DNA of 64,000 nucleotides, from contig JAJTHB010000005.1 in NCBI GenBank assembly GCA_021299465.1, forward strand, positions 254,971 through 318,970. Reading direction: 5' to 3'. The position numbers and the translations under genes are program-made. Shown one piece after another: positions 29,866-38,201 of this stretch; positions within the stretch are counted from its first letter, which is position 1, and each line of letters opens with the position of its first letter. The notes below the pieces were generated by a model. The model made no database searches and had not been told where the DNA came from. It saw nothing but the letters and a program-made list of their open reading frames with translations. This DNA is from Rickettsiales bacterium. Its GTDB lineage: Bacteria > Pseudomonadota > Alphaproteobacteria > Rickettsiales > SXRF01.

Positions 29866-32039
29866 GGGGGGTTCGGTTTGGCTGGATCGGTAACAACATT
29901 ATTCCACTGCTGATCTTAGCTGCATTTATTTCTGGCATCATCACCTACATCACCATCGCTGGCAGCAGCGAACCGCTGCAAGTTAAGCCAAAAAGAGTCT
30001 GGGTGCTTTTAGCTGTAAACATTACATTGCTTACACTGCTGGTCGGGGCGATTAGTTTCCGCATTTATAAATTATGGGCAGCATTAAAGGCTGAATCTGC
30101 CGGCTCAAAGCTGCAAAAGAAAGTGCTGATTGTTTTCAGTGTGGTGACTATTTTGCCCACTATCATAGTCTCTATTTTCTCGGCGCTCTTTTTTAACCTT
30201 GGCATTCAAACATGGTTCAATGAGCGCGTTCAGACCGCTGTTAATGAATCGCTGGCTGTAGCCGAAGCCTATCTAGGTGAGCATAAAGAAAACATCCGTG
30301 CCGATGCCATTGCCATGGCAGGAGACTTAAGCCGGGTAGCAAGCCTTGCCATTCAGGATCCGGCAGAGTTCGATCGAATTGTTGTAACACAATCAGCCCT
30401 TCGCGTACTGACCGAAAGTATTGTGATCCAGCGCAACCGGATCATTGCGCAGGGACGATTCAGTTTTGCATTGGCCTTCGAGCATATCCCTCAAGATGCA
30501 CTTGAACGCGCCAAACGTGGAGAGGCTGTTTTAATGCCTGCTGCTGACGAGCCGGATAAAGTTCGTGCGCTGGTTCGCATCGAAGGGCTTGATGACGGTT
30601 ATTTGCTGATTGGCCGCCTCGTTGATAGCAAGGTGATCATGCACATGCAGAACGCGCAGGGTGCAGTAAGTGAATATGAGCAGCTTCAGGGGCAGCTCGA
30701 TAAGCTGCAAACCACGTTTTCTATCGTTTTTATCTCGGTAGCCTTACTCTTACTATTTGCATCGATTGGTTATGGTACGGTCTTTGCCGCGAGATTAACC
30801 AACCCTATCTCAAAACTTGCACTGGCTGCTGAGCGTGTGCGTAGCGGTGATTTTTCGGCGCGAGTGGAGGATGCGGAGCGCCGTGATGAATTTGGCATGC
30901 TGGCGCGCTCCTTCAATCGTATGACGGAACAGCTGGATGCGCAGCGCGGCGAATTAATTGAAGCCAACCGAAGGCTGGATGAAAGGCGACGTTTCTCGGA
31001 AGCCGTTTTATTCGGTGTCTCTGCTGGTGTTATTGCGCTTGATAAAGATAAAAACATCACCCTGTTCAACCGTTCGGCCAGTAATATCTTAGGATTTATC
31101 GATCTTTCAATTTCCACCGAAAATTCTATCGGCGAATTACTGCCCGGTATTCATGAAATGCTTGCCAAAGCCGAATTATCCCCGGGTGAAGTTACGGATG
31201 AAACCCTCACCCTGACTCATAAACAAAAAACCCTCTCACTCCATGCGCGCATTACGGCTGAAAAGAAAGATGATGAAATTGAAGGCTTTATTGTAACCTT
31301 TGATGATATCACCATGCTACTGTCGGCGCAGCGTACGGCTGCCTGGGCGGATGTGGCTCGGCGTGTCGCTCATGAGATTAAAAACCCGCTAACACCGATC
31401 CAGCTATCAGCTGAGCGTATCAAGAAAAAATATCTTAAATTCATCACCGAAGATCAGGAAAGTTTCATCCGCTACACCGATACCATTGCCAAGCATGTGG
31501 GCGATATCGGCAAAATGGTTGAGGAATTTGTAGGATTTGCCCGCATGCCATCGGCTGTTTTTGCCAATGAAGACGCAAGCAGCATCCTCAAAAAAGCCCT
31601 TTTTTCAGCCCAGGTTGCTAATACAGGAATTGAATTTCGCAGCTACCTGCCGAGCAAGGAAATTTCGTTATTGTGTGATGAACGCCAAATCACTCAAGTG
31701 CTCACCAATTTGCTTAAAAATGCCTGTGAATCGATAGAATCAAGGCTGGTAAGCCAGCCGAAGTCCTCCAAAGGCGTCATCATCACGCGCCTGGAAGATG
31801 ATGGTGAACAAATACTAATAAGTATTACGGATAATGGCCTTGGATTTCCTGAAGGTGAGATCTCAAAAATGATGGAGCCCTATGTTACGACACGCACCAA
31901 AGGTATGGGGCTGGGGCTATCTATTGTGAGGAAAATCATAGAGGAACACAAAGGGTTGATGAAAATTGAGAATAATCCTGATGGTGGAGCAAAAGTAACT
32001 CTTTCTTTTCCAGGGCACTGTGATATAAATGCCGCATAG
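29862..32039 (+). CDS. ntrY: Sensor histidine kinase NtrY
   Basis: TM segments, [33 protein letters not shown], HATPase. Confidence 0.95.
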   Translation: MRGVRFGWIGNNIIPLLILAAFISGIITYITIAGSSEPLQVKPKRVWVLLAVNITLLTLLVGAISFRIYKLWAALKAESAGSKLQKKVLIVFSVVTILPTIIVSIFSALFFNLGIQTWFNERVQTAVNESLAVAEAYLGEHKENIRADAIAMAGDLSRVASLAIQDPAEFDRIVVTQSALRVLTESIVIQRNRIIAQGRFSFALAFEHIPQDALERAKRGEAVLMPAADEPDKVRALVRIEGLDDGYLLIGRLVDSKVIMHMQNAQGAVSEYEQLQGQLDKLQTTFSIVFISVALLLLFASIGYGTVFAARLTNPISKLALAAERVRSGDFSARVEDAERRDEFGMLARSFNRMTEQLDAQRGELIEANRRLDERRRFSEAVLFGVSAGVIALDKDKNITLFNRSASNILGFIDLSISTENSIGELLPGIHEMLAKAELSPGEVTDETLTLTHKQKTLSLHARITAEKKDDEIEGFIVTFDDITMLLSAQRTAAWADVARRVAHEIKNPLTPIQLSAERIKKKYLKFITEDQESFIRYTDTIAKHVGDIGKMVEEFVGFARMPSAVFANEDASSILKKALFSAQVANTGIEFRSYLPSKEISLLCDERQITQVLTNLLKNACESIESRLVSQPKSSKGVIITRLEDDGEQILISITDNGLGFPEGEISKMMEPYVTTRTKGMGLGLSIVRKIIEEHKGLMKIENNPDGGAKVTLSFPGHCDINAA

Positions 32040-32133
32040 ATAGAAGGCCGGATTTTGCTAATAGATTAGTTTTTTTATTAATCGCGCGCTGAATCCTTAA
32101 TTCTTAACCCCGAATAACAATCCTTAGGAACCC

Positions 32134-33525
32134 ATGTCCATAGATATCCTGGTTGTAGACGACGAATCCGATATTCGTGATCTCGTGTCTGATATTTTAA
32201 AAGATGCCAAATACAGCACCCGCACAGCAGCAAATAGCGACAGCGCTTTTAATGCCATAGCAGAGCGCGTGCCATCCCTTCTTATTTTGGACATATGGCT
32301 GCAAGGTAGCGAATTGGATGGGCTTGGTGTTCTGGAAATGGTTCGCAAACGCTACCCGCATTTACCAGTCGTCATGATTTCAGGACACGGCAACATCGAA
32401 ACTGCCGTCACCGCGATCAAGATGGGGGCGTATGACTTCATTGAGAAGCCATTTAAAGAAGATCGCTTGTTACTCGTTGTGGCAAGGGCATTGGAAAACG
32501 CCAGACTCAAAAATGAAAACCAGGAACTAAAAACGCGTGGCAAGCCTGAGATGGCACTAAATGGTGCTTCTGCAAGCATTCAGCAAATTCGCACCGCGAT
32601 TGAAAAAATTGCGCCGACGGCCAGTCGCGTACTGATCACTGGCGGGCCAGGCACTGGCAAAGAAATGCTTGCTCGCCTCATTCATAGTAAATCAACCCGC
32701 GCAGCCGGTAATTTTGTTATCATGAACGCTGCAGGACTAACTCAGGATCGTGTCGAAGCGGAGCTGTTTGGTGTTGAAGATACCAATCCAACCGGTGGCG
32801 CTGAGAAGCTGGGCTTATTCGAACGCGCACATAATGGCACGCTGTTCATTGACGAGGTGGCCGATATGCCGCTGGAAACACAGGGCAAAGTATTGCGCGC
32901 CCTTCAGGAACAAAGCTTTGCAAGGCTGCGGGGCAATCGTCGTGTAGAAGTTGATGTTCGCGTGATTGCCGCAAGCAATCGCGATCTTGAACACGAAATC
33001 GCCGATGGCCGTTTTCGTGAGGAACTTTATTACCGTTTAAATGTAGTACCAATTCGGATGCCATCACTTAAAGATCGCCGTGAGGATATTCCGGAGCTGT
33101 GCCGATATTTTCTGAAGCGTTCTGCTGAGATTGCCGGGCTTTCAGCGCGCGAGCTTTCTGAAGAAGCGATGGCGATGCTGCAGGCCTATCATTGGCCGGG
33201 GAATGTTCGCCAACTTCGCAACATGATGGAATGGCTGTTGATCATGACATCTGACAGCAAAGAGGCAATTGCAGCCAGTGAGCTTCCGCCTGAGATTCTA
33301 ACCTCTAATCCGGTGTTGGCGCGTCCAGAGACCAATGCAGACATTATGTCGATGGCACTGCGCGAAGCGCGTGAGTTGTTTGAGAAGCAATATCTTGCTG
33401 CCCAAATTGAGCGCTTTGGCGGTAATATCTCTAAAACCTCGGCCTTTGTCGGCATGGAGCGCTCGGCGCTTCACCGCAAGCTGAAAATGCTCGGCATCAA
33501 CGAGAGCGATGAAAAAGTAGGCTAA
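32134..33525 (+). CDS. ntrX: Response regulator NtrX
   Basis: LDIWLQGS receiver, AAA+ without GAFTGA, GMERSALHRKLK. Confidence 0.95.
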   Translation: MSIDILVVDDESDIRDLVSDILKDAKYSTRTAANSDSAFNAIAERVPSLLILDIWLQGSELDGLGVLEMVRKRYPHLPVVMISGHGNIETAVTAIKMGAYDFIEKPFKEDRLLLVVARALENARLKNENQELKTRGKPEMALNGASASIQQIRTAIEKIAPTASRVLITGGPGTGKEMLARLIHSKSTRAAGNFVIMNAAGLTQDRVEAELFGVEDTNPTGGAEKLGLFERAHNGTLFIDEVADMPLETQGKVLRALQEQSFARLRGNRRVEVDVRVIAASNRDLEHEIADGRFREELYYRLNVVPIRMPSLKDRREDIPELCRYFLKRSAEIAGLSARELSEEAMAMLQAYHWPGNVRQLRNMMEWLLIMTSDSKEAIAASELPPEILTSNPVLARPETNADIMSMALREARELFEKQYLAAQIERFGGNISKTSAFVGMERSALHRKLKMLGINESDEKVG

Positions 33526-33532
33526 AAGCCTA

Positions 33533-35254
33533 TCAGATATCCGCGAAGCAGTGTGTCTCTGCCTTGCCGCCCGGGTGGGTGAGCGCGCCTTTTTCAGCAG
33601 AGCCAACCAGCTGCGCGTATTTCCACAGCGCACCGGACTGGTAGTCCGTTTTCCTCGGCTTCCATGTTTTGCGGCGCTCAGCAAATTCCGCGTCGGTAAC
33701 ATTCACGCTGATGGTTCCTTTGGTGGCATCGATACTGATAATATCGCCATCTTTAAGCAGGCCAATCGCGCCGCCCACTGCCGCCTCTGGTCCCACATGG
33801 CCGATACAGAAGCCGCGCGTGCCGCCAGAAAAACGACCATCCGTAATGAGTGCCACTTTTTCGCCAGCGCCTTGGCCATAAAGCGCGGCGGTGGTGGAAA
33901 GCATTTCGCGCATACCGGGGCCACCTTTTGGACCCTCATAGCGAATTACCAACACATCGCCGTCGCTATAGTCGCGTTTTTCGACAGCAGCGAAGCATTC
34001 TTCCTCACTGTCAAAACAGCGCGCAGGGCCCTGATGATAAAGATTCTTCAGACCCGCGACCTTCACGATCGCCCCTTCAGGCGCGAGATTACCCTTCAGC
34101 ACCACCACGCCGCCTTCTTTTCGAAGCGGCTTATTGTGAGGATAAAACACATCTTGGCCGGTTGGGAACACGACATTCTCTAAATTTTCCGCTACCGTTT
34201 TTCCGGTTACTGTCAGGCAATCACCATTCAAGAAACCCCCGTCTAGCAGAGTTTTCATTACCACCTGAACACCGCCCGCCTGATACATTTCAAGCGCGGT
34301 ATATTTTCCGCCAGGCATCAGGTCGGCAAGGTAAGGCGTGCGTTTAAAGATTTCGCCCACTGCATGCATATCAAAATCAATACCGACCTCATGCGCCATG
34401 GCGGGCAGATGAAGTGCCGCATTGGTTGAGCCGCCGGTTGCTGCCACAATGGCTGCAGCATTTTCAAAGGCTTTACGCGTGCATATATCGCGCGGGCGCA
34501 GCTTGTTTTTAATGAGCTCCATCACTGCGCGGCCGGATTCAAATGCATACTGGTCACGCGATTCATACGGCGCGGGCGCGCCTGCAGAGCCGGGCAGGGC
34601 AAGGCCAATCGCTTCGGAAACACAGGCCATGGTGTTAGCAGTAAACTGCCCGCCGCACGAACCACCGGATGGACAAGCGACCTGTTCCAGCTCTTTCAGC
34701 TCCTCTTCGCTCATACCGCCTGCGGAATGTTTGCCGACACCTTCGAACACATCCACCACGGTTACGTTCTTGCCCTTATATTTACCGGGCAGGATGGTGC
34801 CGCCATACATAAACACGCTGGGCACATTCAGGCGCAGCATCGCCATCATCAGCCCGGGCAGAGATTTGTCGCAGCCCGCTAGCCCAACCAACGCATCATA
34901 ACTATGGCCGCGCATGGTCAGCTCCACGGAATCGGTAATCACATCGCGCGAAACCAGCGAGGACTTCATACCCTGATGCCCCATCGCGATGCCGTCGGTG
35001 ACGGTGATGGTGGTGAATTCGCGCGGCGTGCCGCCCATGCTCGCAACACCTTTTTTTACCACCTGCGCTTGACGCGCTAGTGTGATGTTGCAGGGAGCGG
35101 CTTCGTTCCATGTTGTTGCCACGCCCACCAGTGGCGCGTGAATGCCGGCTTCAGTAATGCCCATGGCGTAAAGATAAGAACGATGTGGCGCTCGCTCAGG
35201 CCCTTCAGTGACGTGGCGGGAGGGAAGGCGAGACTTACCGTAAGTCTTGGTCAT
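33533..35254 (-). CDS. ilvD: Dihydroxy-acid dehydratase
   Basis: GCDKSLPG, TANTM, GGSTN, GPKGGPGMREM, TDGRFSGG. Confidence 0.97.
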   Translation of the reverse strand: MTKTYGKSRLPSRHVTEGPERAPHRSYLYAMGITEAGIHAPLVGVATTWNEAAPCNITLARQAQVVKKGVASMGGTPREFTTITVTDGIAMGHQGMKSSLVSRDVITDSVELTMRGHSYDALVGLAGCDKSLPGLMMAMLRLNVPSVFMYGGTILPGKYKGKNVTVVDVFEGVGKHSAGGMSEEELKELEQVACPSGGSCGGQFTANTMACVSEAIGLALPGSAGAPAPYESRDQYAFESGRAVMELIKNKLRPRDICTRKAFENAAAIVAATGGSTNAALHLPAMAHEVGIDFDMHAVGEIFKRTPYLADLMPGGKYTALEMYQAGGVQVVMKTLLDGGFLNGDCLTVTGKTVAENLENVVFPTGQDVFYPHNKPLRKEGGVVVLKGNLAPEGAIVKVAGLKNLYHQGPARCFDSEEECFAAVEKRDYSDGDVLVIRYEGPKGGPGMREMLSTTAALYGQGAGEKVALITDGRFSGGTRGFCIGHVGPEAAVGGAIGLLKDGDIISIDATKGTISVNVTDAEFAERRKTWKPRKTDYQSGALWKYAQLVGSAEKGALTHPGGKAETHCFADI

Positions 35255-35263
35255 AAATTTACA

Positions 35264-35330
35264 AGCTGGTTAGCGTTTCTTCTAGCTGATCTTTTATATC
35301 AGCAATGAGTAACCAGCAACTAGCAACTAT
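35264..35330. repeat. Degenerate heptamer-periodic palindrome
   Basis: gctggtta..taaccagc and gctgat..atcagc stems; aaccagc-aactagc-aactatt heptamers. Confidence 0.45.
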
Positions 35331-35908
35331 TTGGTCAGTTTACGAATTTCAATCGTAACAATACGCTCAACGATGCCAGGCAAGTTTTTATCCAGCCAGT
35401 CTTTCATCATCGGCTTTAGCATTTCCATGACCATGGATTCAACGGAAGCCCCGGAAATAAAAGTCGGCGAGGGGGTCGCCTGAAAATTTGGAATCGGCGG
35501 TTCAGCAGCTTCCTGAAGCTTTTTAAAAGCGCTGGAAGCTGCTACTGCAGCCTGATCAGAAAGAAGTGTAGTTGCAAGGCTAGCGGGTGGCGTTGCAGAT
35601 GCAACAGGTTGGGAGACTGGTTTTTCCACGGCGATGGCCTCATCAATTTTGCTTAAAACGTCGTTATTGGTAACGGGAGTTTCAGTAGGAATTTCGGCTT
35701 TAACTTCAGCTACAATATTGGCAGGAGCAGGCTCCTCAATAATATCAGTAAGTTCGAGCACATCTGATCCAAGGCTTGGCGTTTCTTCGCTTGCCGCTAC
35801 GGTTGCAGCTGGTGCGCTCTCATCCTCGGAGATAATCTTCTTTATCGACTGGAGGATCTCCTCCATCGACGGCTCAGCAGCTCCAGTTGGTGTTTTGGCA
35901 TCAGCCAT
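35327..35908 (-). CDS. popZ: Polar organizing protein PopZ
   Basis: EPSMEEILQSIKKII, acidic/Pro-rich linker, MLKPMMKDWLDKNLP; pcm-tolC-popZ synteny. Confidence 0.92.
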   Translation of the reverse strand: MADAKTPTGAAEPSMEEILQSIKKIISEDESAPAATVAASEETPSLGSDVLELTDIIEEPAPANIVAEVKAEIPTETPVTNNDVLSKIDEAIAVEKPVSQPVASATPPASLATTLLSDQAAVAASSAFKKLQEAAEPPIPNFQATPSPTFISGASVESMVMEMLKPMMKDWLDKNLPGIVERIVTIEIRKLTK

Positions 35909-35971
35909 ATTTTGCTCGTATTAGTAGTGTCTTTCACGGATCATACTATTGCTTGTATTAAAAAACTATTA

Positions 35972-37477
35972 TTACAGTCCTAGCAACTGATATTTTACGC
36001 TGTCGTAATGTTCTTTAGGGTCGTAGTAGGAAACAGGCAGCGCTAGCGAGCGTGCTGTCAAATCGCCAGTAGCCGCAAGCAATCTATATGCCTGGATACG
36101 CTCATTACGCTCTGCGATCACAACATCAACGCGTGCCTGAAATGCTTCCTGCTCAGCATCCAGCACATCAAGGATCGTACGAGTGCCATACTGGTTTTCT
36201 TGCCTGACACCATCCAGCGCAAGTTCAGCAGCGCTCAAAGCTTCCTTTGTAGAGAGAATGATAGCCTGAGCGGTTGAAAAATCTTGCCAGGCACTCGTGG
36301 CATTTTCGATGACAGCATTCCTGGTATCAAGTGCATCGAATTTGGCTTTATCGGCAAGATTACGCGCTTCCCTTAAACGCGACCACTCAGCGCCTGATTG
36401 ATATAGTGGAATCGAAACATTGAGGGTCAGTGCATCGGTATCAACCTTACCTATTTGCTGCGTGTTGCCATTTTCAACACGTGACATCGAACCACGCACG
36501 CTGACTTCCGGCAAAATCGCGCCCGCGCGCGAATCTATATCGTATGACGCTGCTTTTTCTTCGAATGTCGCGGCGAGCAACGATGGATTTGTTTCCCCTG
36601 CCTTCTGGCGCACCACCTCAAGCGATTCGGGAATCATGGCCGGAAGTGGAGGCAAAACCAACTCAGCAGGAGGCTCACTGGCAATCACACGACGGTAGGT
36701 TGCGCGAGCAACCTCGAGGTCACCAAGCGCCTGACGCTCGTCAGCCTGTGCTTTAAGCAGCCTTGCCTGCGACTGCGCAACATCGGTTTGAGTTAACTCC
36801 CCCACCTTAAAACGAGCCTGCGTTGCTTCAAATTGCTGCCTGAGAACATCAACATTATTTTGGCTCAACTTAAGAATGTTGTGACGCTCATACATGGCCG
36901 TGTAAGCAATCACCGCATCATAAAGCACCTGCTGTTCTGCTGCATGGAGGCGTGCACGCCCCGCCCTGACACGCTCACGCGATCCCTTAAAGTTCGCCCA
37001 TGATTCGCCGCCGCTGAACACCGATTGCTCCGCAGTGATGCTTTTGCTGCTGGTATCCTGAAAGCTATCACCGCTATCACCCACTTCTCGTTTTTGGCGG
37101 CCGCGGCTATAACCAGCTTCCACATTCGGCCTGAACCCAGATATCGCCTGCGCAACTGATTCATCAAGGGCAGCGAGCGCTTCGCGTTCTGCCTTTAGTG
37201 AAGGATGGTGGAGGTAAGCGCTAATAAGCGCCTGCTCAAACGTCTGCACGTTTGGTTTACCATCGATTACCGGTTCATTAGGTTGCTTTGCTTCGGTTTT
37301 TTGATTTGATTCAACGGCAACAAAGGGAGCAACGCTGGATTCACTTTCACCAGTTGGTAATAATTTGGGTAGATTAGGTGGGATATTACTAATGACAGCT
37401 GGCGGTGGCAGCGTTTCCTGAGCGAAAGCAGCAAACGAAAAAAACCAGATAAATAACAACAGCCAGCAACGGATCAT
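35972..37477 (-). CDS. tolC: TolC-family outer membrane protein
   Basis: Signal peptide, RFKVGELTQTDVAQSQAR, IPLYQSG, GTRTILDVLDAEQE; start reset to ATG 37477. Confidence 0.92.
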   Translation of the reverse strand: MIRCWLLLFIWFFSFAAFAQETLPPPAVISNIPPNLPKLLPTGESESSVAPFVAVESNQKTEAKQPNEPVIDGKPNVQTFEQALISAYLHHPSLKAEREALAALDESVAQAISGFRPNVEAGYSRGRQKREVGDSGDSFQDTSSKSITAEQSVFSGGESWANFKGSRERVRAGRARLHAAEQQVLYDAVIAYTAMYERHNILKLSQNNVDVLRQQFEATQARFKVGELTQTDVAQSQARLLKAQADERQALGDLEVARATYRRVIASEPPAELVLPPLPAMIPESLEVVRQKAGETNPSLLAATFEEKAASYDIDSRAGAILPEVSVRGSMSRVENGNTQQIGKVDTDALTLNVSIPLYQSGAEWSRLREARNLADKAKFDALDTRNAVIENATSAWQDFSTAQAIILSTKEALSAAELALDGVRQENQYGTRTILDVLDAEQEAFQARVDVVIAERNERIQAYRLLAATGDLTARSLALPVSYYDPKEHYDSVKYQLLGL

Positions 37478-37517
37478 GTAATAATGTATAATCGCAGCAG
37501 GCTGACGAGACAAGTAT

Positions 37518-38192
37518 TTAGAAAGAAAAACCAGCAGGTTTTGCAAATTCCGGCAGCAATGCAGAGCTGGCATCAAATACTTCACGAAACTGAAGTCCGC
37601 CAGCTGCACGCGTAACCACCGTACCACGGCCAAGGCCAAGGCCGGAAGCAGGGCGACCTGCAACCTTAAAAACAGCTGTCAATTTACCGTGAATGGAAAG
37701 CTGAGAGCCAAGTGATTCGGGGATCACTTCTACTGCACCCGTGATTATAATGACGTCATACGGCGCAGAAAGCGCGTAGCCATCTGCTAGAGATCGCACA
37801 TGCTGAAAATCAACATTACCGAGATTAAGCTTACTTAAATTTTGTTTTGCAACTTCTAGCATTTGGCTATCAGTCTCGGTGGCCACCACATGATGGGCGA
37901 TTTTAGCCGCCAGCGCTACGACATAGCCAGTAACTGCGCCGACTACTAAAACGCGGTTAGTTTCGCTGATACCAGAAAGCAGTAGCAGTTTAGCTGCAGT
38001 AAGCGGTTCCATCAGGAAGCGGCCTTGGCCGATAGGAAGCTCTTCATCGACATAAGCTACTCCCTTGAGTGGCGCTGGCACAAAATGCTCGCGCGGCACA
38101 TCCACCATGGCCTGCAAAATGCGCGGGTCGGTGATTTCATTGGTATAAAGCTGGCCGAGCGCCATGTGTTTTGCTTGTGAAGATGATGTCAT
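37518..38192 (-). CDS. pcm: Protein-L-isoaspartate O-methyltransferase-like protein
   Basis: VPREHFVP, AYVDE, APYDVIII; synteny with tolC. Confidence 0.88.
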   Translation of the reverse strand: MTSSSQAKHMALGQLYTNEITDPRILQAMVDVPREHFVPAPLKGVAYVDEELPIGQGRFLMEPLTAAKLLLLSGISETNRVLVVGAVTGYVVALAAKIAHHVVATETDSQMLEVAKQNLSKLNLGNVDFQHVRSLADGYALSAPYDVIIITGAVEVIPESLGSQLSIHGKLTAVFKVAGRPASGLGLGRGTVVTRAAGGLQFREVFDASSALLPEFAKPAGFSF

Positions 38193-38201
38193 CGTGTCCT
38201 C

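Noticed and set aside
32044-32060. Sigma54 promoter before ntrX (GG..TTGC), and a similar site at 41611-41624
   Set aside because: GG-GC spacing is 9 and 8 nt instead of the required 10.
35972-37477. tolC as the dedicated LapE-type channel of the LapG-like system
   Set aside because: It sits in the conserved housekeeping pcm-tolC-popZ cluster 20 kb away with no ABC/MFP genes; a shared role cannot be shown from sequence.
37478-37663. N-terminal extensions in the ORF track for tolC (also hemC, argG, elaA, rimP, the GT-C gene)
   Set aside because: They overlap neighbouring genes or regulatory hairpins; downstream starts fit signal peptides, family N-termini and promoter positions better.
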